Origin: an uncultured Pelagibacteraceae bacterium
GTDB lineage: Bacteria > Pseudomonadota > Alphaproteobacteria > Pelagibacterales > Pelagibacteraceae
NCBI GenBank assembly: GCA_902581405.1
Contig: CACHOJ010000004.1
Location: 13,527 to 77,526 of the forward strand
Direction: 5' to 3'
Length of the DNA: 64,000 bases
Every line of letters begins with the position of its first letter. Positions within the stretch are counted from its first letter, which is position 1. The position numbers were made by a program, and so were the translations under genes. Positions 20,123 through 29,962 of the stretch are shown piece after piece. The notes under the pieces were generated by a model. That model searched no databases. It was not told the origin of the DNA and saw only the letters and a list, made by a program, of their open reading frames with translations.

Positions 20123-21448
20123 TTAGCTCCAAGGAAACGGACTATTAGATGTAGGGTGTAATTCCCCTTTCTCGTAACGGTTGAATCTAAAAGGTTTTAG
20201 TAAATCACTTTCTGTTCCAAGAATTTCTTTTGCAACTAGTTCTCCAACTCCAATCATTTTGTAACCATGGTTAGAGTCTGCAATCATATAAACGTTTTCT
20301 AAAAATCTATCAAATATCGGAAATGAGTCTGGTGTCATGCATCCAAGACCACCCGAAGGTCCTTTTCTATATAAATCTGATTTTCCCTCGAACCTTTTTT
20401 GACAGTGAGCTAAAGCTGAACACCACATGTCATTAAAAGCCTCGGTTGTTTGATATTCAGGTGACTCTATTCCGTAAGGATCAACATTCACTTCGTCAAA
20501 ATGTTTATCTACAATGTAAGGTGATGTTCCACCCTGCACACCAAGACCGTCAATATCAGGTTTGTAATATATTCCCCAAATTTTATCTGTAATTAATTTT
20601 TTAGTTTTGTCTGAATATAAAGGAGCTGTTGAATCAACATGAATTACTGGTGGCTGCTCACCGTTATTCATTTTTAAAAAATCAGCTTCGACACCAATTA
20701 CGCCTTCTTGAAGCATCCAATATTTCCACATGTCAGTTTCATGCATCTTACCATCTTTACCTTTAATGTGAGCAGTTTTTGGAAGTTCTAGCATATTCCA
20801 AAAATCTCTTGCCCAAGGACCTGCCCCTACAACTACTTGTTCGCATTCAATAGTTCCTCTGTCTGTTTCAACCCCAGTTACAGCTTTACTGTTACTTCCT
20901 CTTTTAAAACCTGTTACCTTAATGCCTTTGATAACTTCAACGCCATTTGAGGTAGATTTATTTTCAAGTGCTTTAATTGAGTCTTTATTAAATGCATATC
21001 CACCTTTTTTTTCATGAAGAACAGAAGTTATACCTTTTGCCTGCCAATCATCAAACATACCCTTCATGTAGTTCATGCAATCTTTTTCGCCTTCTATAAA
21101 TTCTGAGTCATAACCAATCGCTTTTTGCTGTTCATAAATTGTAGCGACATCTGCGTGCATTACTTCTGGAGAAATCTGTAAATAACCTACTGCATTATAT
21201 TTAAAAGCTTTAGGATCGCTCTCCCAAACTGAGACTGAATGAGCCATTAATTCTCTCATGGCAGGTTGAAAATAATTATTTCTTACAACTCCACAAGCAA
21301 TACCACTTGCACCCGCTGCAGTATCTTTTTTTTCTAAGACTACAATATCACCTGGATTTTTATACTTTTCAGATAATTTCCAAGCAGTACTTAGTCCGTG
21401 AATTCCTCCACCAACTATTACTACTTTTGCTTTTGTCGGTAATGACAT
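20123..21448 (-). CDS. FAD-dependent oxidoreductase (DAO/sarcosine oxidase-like)
   Basis: VVIVGGGIHG dinucleotide fold, GASGIACGVVR, GAGPW, TPDSFPI, HGYKMIGVG. Confidence 0.85.
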   Translation of the reverse strand: MSLPTKAKVVIVGGGIHGLSTAWKLSEKYKNPGDIVVLEKKDTAAGASGIACGVVRNNYFQPAMRELMAHSVSVWESDPKAFKYNAVGYLQISPEVMHADVATIYEQQKAIGYDSEFIEGEKDCMNYMKGMFDDWQAKGITSVLHEKKGGYAFNKDSIKALENKSTSNGVEVIKGIKVTGFKRGSNSKAVTGVETDRGTIECEQVVVGAGPWARDFWNMLELPKTAHIKGKDGKMHETDMWKYWMLQEGVIGVEADFLKMNNGEQPPVIHVDSTAPLYSDKTKKLITDKIWGIYYKPDIDGLGVQGGTSPYIVDKHFDEVNVDPYGIESPEYQTTEAFNDMWCSALAHCQKRFEGKSDLYRKGPSGGLGCMTPDSFPIFDRFLENVYMIADSNHGYKMIGVGELVAKEILGTESDLLKPFRFNRYEKGELHPTSNSPFPWS

Positions 21449-21545
21449 TCTAAAACATTATTTTTTGGCAGAGGTTAAATATATAATTTTTTTTATATAT
21501 AAAAATTAGAAATAAAAAGTTATACAACCTCAAATTTACCAACTA

Positions 21546-21896
21546 TTAAAAACTTAAATTTTTAAGAGTGGACAAATAATCGTTAAATTCCTCAATAAAA
21601 GAGGCGCTTGGTTTAATATATTTTTTTCTTTGATCTTCTGAAGTTTTCTCTAAATAAAAAAACCCTTTTTCACATGCTTCATTAATAATTAAAGCAGATT
21701 TTGGTCGTGAAGTTTTAAATAATTTTGTTTTTAATTCTTCTACAGATAAATTTTGCTTTAATTTAAATGCAGACATTACAAGCAGCATCATATGATAGTG
21801 TGAAGGTGATTTTCTAAAAAAGTAGTTGCTAGAAGTATGAGAAAGTTTCATTTGATCTTCCCAAAATTCTAATAGATCTTTTGTTGATTTAGGCAT
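21546..21896 (-). CDS. Putative winged-helix (MarR-like) DNA-binding protein
   Basis: 116 aa; SRPKSALIINEACEKGFF..EKTSEDQRKKYI resembles MarR helix plus wing 'D.R'; TAATG overlap with tdm. Confidence 0.55.
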   Translation of the reverse strand: MPKSTKDLLEFWEDQMKLSHTSSNYFFRKSPSHYHMMLLVMSAFKLKQNLSVEELKTKLFKTSRPKSALIINEACEKGFFYLEKTSEDQRKKYIKPSASFIEEFNDYLSTLKNLSF

Positions 21897-24235
21897 TATG
21901 ATCTAACTTTAGTTTTCTTAGGATCGTAATGAGGAAATCCTACAATTTTAGCTGGAATTCTTTTTTGATGACCATCTATTTTTCCAATTTCAACTTCATT
22001 TCCTATTTCTGAATGACCTACATCTATTCTGCATAAGGCAATATTTTTATTTAACGTTGGTGAAATACACCCGCTTGTAATCACTCCAACTTGAGATCTT
22101 CCAATGTGTACGCAATCACCATGGTTTGCTTGTTCTCTACCAATCAATTCTAACCCAACTAATTTTTTTTGAGGATTTTCTTTTCTCTTAACAAGGTTTT
22201 CTCTTCCTATAAAATCTTCTGTTTTAGATTTTAAAGGCACCGAAAAACCAATCCCTGCTTCAAAGGGATCTTGTTGTCCGTCAAATTCATTACCAAATAA
22301 TATTAAACCAGCTTCAATTCTTAAAAGGTCTAAAGCAGCAAAACCAGCAGGTATCAAACCTTCATCTTTACCTGCTTCCATTAATTTATCCCAAACAGTT
22401 GGTGCATCGCTTGGATGACACCAAATTTCAAAACCAAGTTCACCAGTATAACCAGTCCGTGAAACAATTAATGGTATTCCATTTAATTCTTCTAATCTAC
22501 AAATACTAAATCTAAACCATTCCAATTCAGATATAGAGGGCTGTGTAGGAGGTGCAAAAATTATTTTTTCTAAAATTTTTCTACTTTTTGGTCCTTGTAA
22601 AGATAGGTTATTTATTTGGTCTGTAGAATTTTTTATATGAACTTTATAGTTTTTCTTTTTTGCTTGTTCTTTAAGCCATTCCCCACCATATTCATCTCCA
22701 CAAACCCATCTAAAACCATGATCACTAAGTTTTAACAAAGTTCCATCATCAAACATATTACCATTTTCATAGCACATTGCTGAATAAACAATTTGGCCTA
22801 CTGAAAGTTTTTTAACATTTCGAGTTAAAGTGTAATTCATTAATTCTTCAGCATCAGGACCAAGAATTTCAAACTTTCTCAAAGAAGATAAATCAATTAA
22901 AACAGCTCTTTCTCTACAAGCATTATATTCGTTAATAACGCCATGTTTTGTGTAATCATTTGGTAACCAAAAACCTCTGGCATCAACAAAGTTTCTGGTT
23001 AGTTTTGAAGTTCTTTCATAAAACCCTGTGTTCCTTGTAAGTTTATTTTCTGAATCTGTTTTCATTCTAAATCCATAAGATTTTGTAAATTCTTTACTCT
23101 TTTCATAAGTTCTAACAAAAATATCAGTAGGGTTCCATCCATTACAGCTATCAATATCGCTAGGACAAGCTGTAGTACCACACGTTAAATCTTTAAGTGC
23201 TTTAAAAATTACATAATCGCCTGGTCTTGCATATGACTCGTCAGAGGTTACTGAATTAAGACCTCCAGCAGATGTATTAAAAAAAAGATTTATAGCTTGC
23301 CAACCTTTTTTTTTCTCTACTCCATATTTTTCCATAGAGACATTTAAATTATCAGAACAATTTGCATGCCCAAAATATCCTGAATCCTCATAGTACTTTG
23401 AAGTACAAGCTAAGTTGAATGTATCGTGTATACCAACAGTATCTCTTATAACTTCTATTAAAGGTTCATGGTCAGTGTCATAAAATTTTGAATATAGACC
23501 TGGACCAGGAAAAGTGTGACCCATAAAAGTTCTAGTTGTTTGCCAATCAAGACCTCTCTCCAAACCTTTTTCTAGTTTAGCTGTATCATATGCGACAAAG
23601 TCTGAACACTGTCTTCCTGTTGGTGTTATAATTTGAATGTAATCACCAGCTTTGACTTGATAGCCAGTTGCAGTTTTTCTATCAATATTTACTTCATGAT
23701 CCGGATCATAAATTGGATCTGGTATTAATGAAAATTCTTTATCATTATTTTTAATTTTAGCTCTTTTTATTATTATTGTTAAATCTGATGGTGGATTTTG
23801 ATCATGAACAAGCATGTCATCTGCAGGTGCTGCAAATATGCAATAACATTTATCTTTAGATTTTAAATTTATTTTTTCTCCAGCTTTAGTATTTTTATCA
23901 AACAATATTGCTGACTTAGCTTTTTCAATTTTTAAATTTCTTTTGTTTAGTTGAAGCAAAGCCTGCATAGAGCTTTCTTCTTTTTTAAAAAGTATTTTTT
24001 TTATTTCAGAAGAATTTTTATTTTCTTTTAAATTTAATAGACCTAACTCTGAGTTTCCGTCTTTATCAAAAGAATTGATTTCACAAATTTGATTTCCTTC
24101 ATTATTAATTATTTTAATTTCGTCATCAGGAAAAATTTGAATTCCAGTAATTCCACCTGCATTGACAATATATCTTTCAACTCCAGGTGGTAGTACATTT
24201 AAACCAGGTTCTTTTATTGCTAAACTAGTTTGCAT
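21896..24235 (-). CDS. tdm: Trimethylamine N-oxide demethylase (DUF1989 + GcvT domains)
   Basis: DUF1989-type Cys motifs (GRQCSDF, FNLACT..GHANCSDN..TACPSD) fused to a GCV_T domain (SRTGYTGELGFE, LRIEAGL); divergent from tmoXWV; start adjusted to ATG 24235. Confidence 0.85.
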   Translation of the reverse strand: MQTSLAIKEPGLNVLPPGVERYIVNAGGITGIQIFPDDEIKIINNEGNQICEINSFDKDGNSELGLLNLKENKNSSEIKKILFKKEESSMQALLQLNKRNLKIEKAKSAILFDKNTKAGEKINLKSKDKCYCIFAAPADDMLVHDQNPPSDLTIIIKRAKIKNNDKEFSLIPDPIYDPDHEVNIDRKTATGYQVKAGDYIQIITPTGRQCSDFVAYDTAKLEKGLERGLDWQTTRTFMGHTFPGPGLYSKFYDTDHEPLIEVIRDTVGIHDTFNLACTSKYYEDSGYFGHANCSDNLNVSMEKYGVEKKKGWQAINLFFNTSAGGLNSVTSDESYARPGDYVIFKALKDLTCGTTACPSDIDSCNGWNPTDIFVRTYEKSKEFTKSYGFRMKTDSENKLTRNTGFYERTSKLTRNFVDARGFWLPNDYTKHGVINEYNACRERAVLIDLSSLRKFEILGPDAEELMNYTLTRNVKKLSVGQIVYSAMCYENGNMFDDGTLLKLSDHGFRWVCGDEYGGEWLKEQAKKKNYKVHIKNSTDQINNLSLQGPKSRKILEKIIFAPPTQPSISELEWFRFSICRLEELNGIPLIVSRTGYTGELGFEIWCHPSDAPTVWDKLMEAGKDEGLIPAGFAALDLLRIEAGLILFGNEFDGQQDPFEAGIGFSVPLKSKTEDFIGRENLVKRKENPQKKLVGLELIGREQANHGDCVHIGRSQVGVITSGCISPTLNKNIALCRIDVGHSEIGNEVEIGKIDGHQKRIPAKIVGFPHYDPKKTKVRS

Positions 24236-24322
24236 ATATAATCTAAATATGCCTAATCTATTATAAAGTATCAACAAATTTATATATAAATTTTATATAT
24301 ACATTTGTATCTATTTTGCTTA

Positions 24323-24351
24323 TTGACTGTCACTTTAATAGAGAAGATAAT
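24323..24351 (+). promoter_or_regulatory. Sigma70-like promoter for tmoX
   Basis: TTGACT-N17-GATAAT, 30 nt upstream of the ATG at 24382. Confidence 0.6.
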
Positions 24352-24381
24352 TTACTCCTTAATATTAAGAAAGGGGAAATA

Positions 24382-25335
24382 ATGAAAAAACTTTTATCAA
24401 TTTTTTCTGCTTTTCTAATCACATTTGTTTTTAGTTTTACAACTGCAAATGCTGATAAAAGCGGTGTTGTTAAAATCCCAACACATAACTGGTCTAGTCA
24501 ATTAGTTGGAGCTGAAGTTGTAGGTGAGCTTTTAAAAATGGTTGGAGAGAAAGTTGAATATATCAACATGGACTCTCAAGCAGTTTACCAAGCCATGGCT
24601 GATGGAGATATAGATTTAGTTCATGAAATTTGGGAAGGTGCTTTTGGTGCATCATACGAAAAAGCTAAAGCTGGTGGAGGAATTGAAGAAATTCTTACAC
24701 ATGATGCAGTAACAAGAGAAGATTGGTGGTATCCAAACCATGTAGAGAAATTATGTCCAGGTTTACCTGACTGGAAAGCACTTAATAAATGTGCTGACCT
24801 ATTTGCTAGAGCTGACTCAGGCGGAAAAGGAGTTTTCATTGGTGGTCCAGTTGACTGGTTAAAGCACGATGCTGAAAAAGTTGAAGCATTAGGAATGAAC
24901 TTTATGGTTAAAAATGCAGGATCGGCTGATGCAATTTGGGCAGAGTTAGATGCCGGTGTTGCTCAAGGTAAAGCAGTTGTAGTTTTTAACTGGTCGCCAA
25001 ACTTCATAGGTGCAAAATATCCAGGAAAATTTGTTGAGTTTCCAAAGCATGACCCTGCTTGTACAAAGGATCCAGCTTGGGGAATTAATAAAACAGCACT
25101 ATATGACTGTGGTAACCCAGCTAGTGGTTATTTAAAATTAGCAGTAAATGCTGACTTTAAGAATAATCATCCAAATGGATATAAATTACTGAAACAGATG
25201 AACTTTTCTGGTCCAGACATCGACAAGATGGCAAATTACAAAGACACAGACGGACTTGAAGTATCTGCTGCCGCTCAGAAATGGTTAAATGATCATAAAT
25301 CTAAGTGGGAGCCTTGGGTTGCTTCATCAAAATAA
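24382..25335 (+). CDS. tmoX: TMAO ABC transporter substrate-binding protein
   Basis: RBS AAGGGG; signal peptide MKKLLS..ANA; OpuAC-family features (NWSSQ, HEIWEG, REDWWYP, CPGLPDWKALNKC, FNWSPN); adjacent to tdm. Confidence 0.8.
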   Translation: MKKLLSIFSAFLITFVFSFTTANADKSGVVKIPTHNWSSQLVGAEVVGELLKMVGEKVEYINMDSQAVYQAMADGDIDLVHEIWEGAFGASYEKAKAGGGIEEILTHDAVTREDWWYPNHVEKLCPGLPDWKALNKCADLFARADSGGKGVFIGGPVDWLKHDAEKVEALGMNFMVKNAGSADAIWAELDAGVAQGKAVVVFNWSPNFIGAKYPGKFVEFPKHDPACTKDPAWGINKTALYDCGNPASGYLKLAVNADFKNNHPNGYKLLKQMNFSGPDIDKMANYKDTDGLEVSAAAQKWLNDHKSKWEPWVASSK

Positions 25336-25351
25336 GTAATTGAAAATATAT

Positions 25352-25389
25352 AAACGAACCGATTTTTATAAGTCGGTTCGTTTTTTTTT
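25352..25389 (+). terminator. Rho-independent terminator/attenuator after tmoX
   Basis: AAACGAACCGATT...AGTCGGTTCGTTT hairpin followed by a T-run. Confidence 0.85.
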
Positions 25390-25415
25390 ATTTTATGATA
25401 AATTAAAATTTAAGC

Positions 25416-26444
25416 ATGAACAAAGAAGCGAAAATATCCTGCAAAAATATCTGGAAGTTATACGGTGAAGCTCCAGAAAAGTTTCTAAAGAATACAAATA
25501 ACAACCCTACAACAGAAGAGATTAAAAAAAATAATTATATACCTGCTGTAAGAGATGCATCAATAGATGTTAATACAGGTGAAATACTAGTTATTATGGG
25601 ACTAAGCGGTTCAGGAAAATCAACATTGCTTAGATGTATGTCAAAATTAATTGAACCAACTCATGGTCAGGTATTTTTTGAAGGAAATGATTTGTTAAAA
25701 GCGTCTGAAAAAGAGTTAATAGATATAAGACGGCATAAGATGGGTATGGTGTTCCAACACTTTGCACTTTTGCCTCACCGAACAGTTTTGCAAAATGTTG
25801 CATTTCCACTTGAGGTTCAAGGACAAGAAATTCAAAAAAGAGAGGAAAGAGCAAAAGATGTAATAAAGCTAGTAGGTTTAGAAGGAAGAGAAAAATATTA
25901 TCCAAGGGAATTATCAGGAGGACAACAACAAAGAGTTGGTCTTGCGAGATCTTTAGCAGTTGAACCAGATGTTTGGTTTTTAGATGAACCTTTTTCTGCA
26001 TTAGATCCATTAATAAGAAAAGAAATGCAAAACGAGTTTTTAAGACTTCAAAGTATGTTAAAGAAAACGATTGTTTTTATTACTCATGATTTTGACGAGG
26101 CAATTAGATTAGCAGATAGGATAGCAATAATGTATGAGGGATTAATTGTTCAAGTAGGAACACCCGAAGAATTAATTACAAAACCAGCTACTGATTATGT
26201 TGCAGAATTTACAAAAGATATACCAAGATCAAAATTATTAAATGCAGAAAGCATTATGAATGAAAAAGATAAAAAACCTTACGAAAACAAAGTTAATTAT
26301 AGTGATAAAATTGAAAAAATTGCATCAAAAGTTTTAAAGTCAGAAAGTATTTTTTCTGTAGTTGATGACAACAAAGAGGTTATAGGTTCATTGAGTAAAA
26401 AAGAATTAATTAAAGCTTTATTTGCTGAAGACAAAAATGAATAA
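25416..26444 (+). CDS. tmoW: Quaternary amine ABC transporter ATP-binding protein
   Basis: GLSGSGKST, LSGGQQQRVGLAR, DEPFSALDP, FITHD. Confidence 0.85.
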   Translation: MNKEAKISCKNIWKLYGEAPEKFLKNTNNNPTTEEIKKNNYIPAVRDASIDVNTGEILVIMGLSGSGKSTLLRCMSKLIEPTHGQVFFEGNDLLKASEKELIDIRRHKMGMVFQHFALLPHRTVLQNVAFPLEVQGQEIQKREERAKDVIKLVGLEGREKYYPRELSGGQQQRVGLARSLAVEPDVWFLDEPFSALDPLIRKEMQNEFLRLQSMLKKTIVFITHDFDEAIRLADRIAIMYEGLIVQVGTPEELITKPATDYVAEFTKDIPRSKLLNAESIMNEKDKKPYENKVNYSDKIEKIASKVLKSESIFSVVDDNKEVIGSLSKKELIKALFAEDKNE

Positions 26445-28449
26445 AATTAAAACCATTTTTAGGGGAAAATTTTTTTTTATATTTGCGCCTTTCATTTTCT
26501 TGTGGCTCTTACGTTATATTATTCCAAATTATACTATTTCATCTAAAACACCTCATTGGGCTTACATTCCACCAAAAAGTTGCTTAGGTGGCTGTGGATC
26601 AATAGATGGTCTTATACCTTTTGTGGATTGGACAAATGCATTAATTCAATTTCTTAGAAAGTACGAAATATTCGGTTTGTTTACTTTTAGAGATTTTACA
26701 AGAGGTATTGCCAACTATGTTGATAAATTTTTAGATTTTACAGAAGCAGTTTTACACAAAGGTTTTCCAAGTTATGATGTAGGACCTTTACCTTGGATAT
26801 TTATTTTAACTCTTACAATTATATTGGGATTTTATTTAAGAGGCTGGAGATTAGCTTTATTGGGAGGCGCATGTTTTTCATATTTAATATTATTTAGCAA
26901 AAGAGGGATTTGGGAGCTATCTATGAAATCTTTGGCAGCCATCTCTGTTTCAGCACCTCTAGCAGCATTAATCGGACTGTGTTTAGGTATACTTGCGGTA
27001 AAAAGAAAAAGATTTGCAAACTTTTTATGGCCAATGCTTAACATTTTACAATCGTTACCTCATTTTTCATATTTAATTTTAGTAGTTATATTTGTTGGAA
27101 TAGGCACAAAAGCCGGAGTGATAGCAACTGTTATATTTGCATTTCCTCCCATGGCTAGATTAACGATATTAGGCTTACAAAATATATCTCAAGAAATAAA
27201 AGAGGCAGGTGTCATGGCTGGCTGCACAAAGTGGCAAATGTTATTTAAAGTTGAGATTCCAGCAGCTAGGTCTCCAATAATGTTAGGGATAAATCAGGTT
27301 ATTATGCAATGTCTTGCTATGATTGTTATAGCAGCATTTATTGGTCAACCAGGTCTTGGTCATGATCTATTAATTAGGTTACAAGGTTTAAGATTAGGGG
27401 AAGCTTTTGAAATAGGTGTTGCAGTTGTTTTGATTGCAATTACACTTGATAGGTATAGTCAAGCTTTAGCATTAAAAGAACCAGAGAGAAGAGAGGGAAA
27501 TTTTGTAAAGAGAAATCCATATTTATGCGCAACTTTTTTTGCAATTATAATTTGCTCTATCTTAGTTTTTCTTTTTCCATTTTTTAATGAATATCCAAAG
27601 GAGTTAACAGTTTCAGCATCTGTATATTTAGATAATGCCATTAAATCATTTACAAGATCTTTGTTTGTACCGTTAGGAATATTTAGAGATTGGATGTTAA
27701 TATATTTTTTGATGCCTCTTAAAGCTGTATTTCAATCTATGCCATGGACTGGAGTAATTTTATTTGTCGGAGCAATTGGATGGAAACTTGGTAAAATGAG
27801 ACTAGCTTTGACAGTTATGCTGTTTGTATTTTTTATTGCTTCATCTGGCTACTGGGTAAGGGCAATGATTACGGTGTACATGGTTTTTGCTTCATTAGTT
27901 ATTTGTGCTCTAATTGGAATACCATTAGGAATATGGGCATCTAAGAAAGAAAGTAGAACAAAGATTGTTTTAAATATTTGTGATATTTTTCAAACATTTC
28001 CGTCATTTATATACTTGCTTCCAGCAATAATGTTATTTCAAATTAGTGATGTATCAGCAATATTCGCAATTGTAATATATTCCTCTATTCCAATGATTAG
28101 ATATACGATATTTGGATTAAGAGGTGTTCCTCAACATATTATCGAAGCCGCCATAACATCAGGATGTACCCAAAGACAACTACTTTGGAAAGTAAGAATG
28201 CCTTTAGCTTTTCCAGAGATTATATTAGGTGCAAATCAAACTTTAATGTTCTCATTGTTTATGGTTATGATTGCCGGTTTTATTGGAACAGTTGATTTGT
28301 CTCAAGAAATTTTTAGAGCTTTATCTTTTAGCGATGGGGGAAAAGGATTGATTATTGGTTTATGTGTTGCTTTTATTGGTTTAACTGCTGATAGATTATT
28401 AGTGGAATGGTCAAAACAAATGAAATTAAAATTAGGGTTTAAAAATTAA
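26437..28449 (+). CDS. tmoV: Double-domain ABC permease
   Basis: Two ProW-like halves, each with an EAA loop (EAGVMAGC, EAAITSGC); ATG 26437 overlaps the tmoW stop. Confidence 0.82.
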   Translation: MNKIKTIFRGKFFFIFAPFIFLWLLRYIIPNYTISSKTPHWAYIPPKSCLGGCGSIDGLIPFVDWTNALIQFLRKYEIFGLFTFRDFTRGIANYVDKFLDFTEAVLHKGFPSYDVGPLPWIFILTLTIILGFYLRGWRLALLGGACFSYLILFSKRGIWELSMKSLAAISVSAPLAALIGLCLGILAVKRKRFANFLWPMLNILQSLPHFSYLILVVIFVGIGTKAGVIATVIFAFPPMARLTILGLQNISQEIKEAGVMAGCTKWQMLFKVEIPAARSPIMLGINQVIMQCLAMIVIAAFIGQPGLGHDLLIRLQGLRLGEAFEIGVAVVLIAITLDRYSQALALKEPERREGNFVKRNPYLCATFFAIIICSILVFLFPFFNEYPKELTVSASVYLDNAIKSFTRSLFVPLGIFRDWMLIYFLMPLKAVFQSMPWTGVILFVGAIGWKLGKMRLALTVMLFVFFIASSGYWVRAMITVYMVFASLVICALIGIPLGIWASKKESRTKIVLNICDIFQTFPSFIYLLPAIMLFQISDVSAIFAIVIYSSIPMIRYTIFGLRGVPQHIIEAAITSGCTQRQLLWKVRMPLAFPEIILGANQTLMFSLFMVMIAGFIGTVDLSQEIFRALSFSDGGKGLIIGLCVAFIGLTADRLLVEWSKQMKLKLGFKN

Positions 28450-28479
28450 TTAAAAAAATTAGCGTGAGAAAATTAATTA

Positions 28480-29958
28480 ATGAAAAAGTTTATTGTTTCA
28501 ATAGATCAAGGAACCACATCAACTAGATCTATTTTATTTGATTTAAATGGAAACTCTATTTTTACTTCCCAATTAGAATTCAAACAGTATTTTCCCAAGA
28601 ATGGTTGGGTAGAACATGATCCTGATGAGATTTGGTTTTCAACACTTAAAACCCTTAAACAGGTTATAAAAAAAGCTCATAAAATGAGAGGATGTATACT
28701 TTCAATTGGAATTACTAATCAAAGAGAGACTACAATTTTGTGGAATAAAAAAACAGGAAAACCAATTTATAATGCAATTGTTTGGCAAGATAGAAGAACA
28801 GCAAATATTTGTTCAAATTTAAAAAAAAGAAGTTTGGAAAAATCGTTTAGAAAAAAAACTGGTTTATTTATTGACTCTTATTTTTCAGGGACAAAAATAA
28901 AATGGATAATAGAAAATATAAAAAAATCAAAAAAATTAATAAAAGAAAAGAACTTGTTATTCGGAACAGTAGATACTTATTTAATTTGGAAATTGACAAA
29001 TAAAAAAAAACATTTGACAGATGCAACTAATGCTAGTCGTACATTATTGTATAATATTAATTCAAACAAATGGGATGCAGAAATATTAAAAAAGTTAAAA
29101 ATTCCAAAATCTATTCTGCCAGATGTTAAAAATTCTGCAGACGAATTTGGCTTCACAGATAAAAAAATAGTTGGAGAGGTAATACCTATTAATGCAGTAT
29201 TAGGTGATCAACAAGCAGCTGCCTTTGGACATGCTTGTTTTGAAAGAGGCTCAGTTAAATCAACCTATGGGACCGGTGCTTTTGCCATTATGAATACTGG
29301 AAAAAAAAAAATATTTTCAAAAAATAAACTGTTAACTACAATATTGTTAAGAATAAATAATAAAAATACATATGCGTTAGAGGGTTCTATTTTTATTGCA
29401 GGCGCTGGTATACAATGGCTTAGGGATAAACTAAAATTAATAAACAATGCTCATGAAACAGAAAAAATAATTAAATCAAAAAAAAATAACAACGGAGTTT
29501 ATCTGGTACCAGCATTTGTTGGTCTTGGAGCACCTTACTGGATCCCTACATCAAAAGGTATAATCACTGGTCTTACAAGAAATTCAGATTGGAAAGATTT
29601 AGTTAAAGCAACAGTAGAATCTGTAGCTTATCAAAGTTATGATCTTTTTGAGTCAATGAGAAAAGATGGATTAAAAGCAAAAGTTATAAAAGTAGATGGT
29701 GGAATGATTTCAAATAATTGGTTTATCCAATTTCTATCTGATATATTGGATACAAAAGTTATAAGACCTGCAAATCTTGAAACTTCAGCTTTGGGAGTTG
29801 CTCTGCTTTCAGGATATCAATACGGAATCTATAAGTCTATCAATGAAATAAAACTAAAATGTAAAATTGAGACTTATTTCTATCCAAAAATTAATAAATC
29901 AGTTAGAAATAATTTATTGAAAGGATGGAAACAAGCAATTAGTCAAGCTATTAATTAA
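28480..29958 (+). CDS. glpK: Glycerol kinase
   Basis: IDQGTTSTR, GWVEHDP, GITNQRET, VWQDRRT, TDATNASRT, GDQQAA, KSTYGTG, VDGG. Confidence 0.93.
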   Translation: MKKFIVSIDQGTTSTRSILFDLNGNSIFTSQLEFKQYFPKNGWVEHDPDEIWFSTLKTLKQVIKKAHKMRGCILSIGITNQRETTILWNKKTGKPIYNAIVWQDRRTANICSNLKKRSLEKSFRKKTGLFIDSYFSGTKIKWIIENIKKSKKLIKEKNLLFGTVDTYLIWKLTNKKKHLTDATNASRTLLYNINSNKWDAEILKKLKIPKSILPDVKNSADEFGFTDKKIVGEVIPINAVLGDQQAAAFGHACFERGSVKSTYGTGAFAIMNTGKKKIFSKNKLLTTILLRINNKNTYALEGSIFIAGAGIQWLRDKLKLINNAHETEKIIKSKKNNNGVYLVPAFVGLGAPYWIPTSKGIITGLTRNSDWKDLVKATVESVAYQSYDLFESMRKDGLKAKVIKVDGGMISNNWFIQFLSDILDTKVIRPANLETSALGVALLSGYQYGIYKSINEIKLKCKIETYFYPKINKSVRNNLLKGWKQAISQAIN

Positions 29959-29962
29959 GTTT

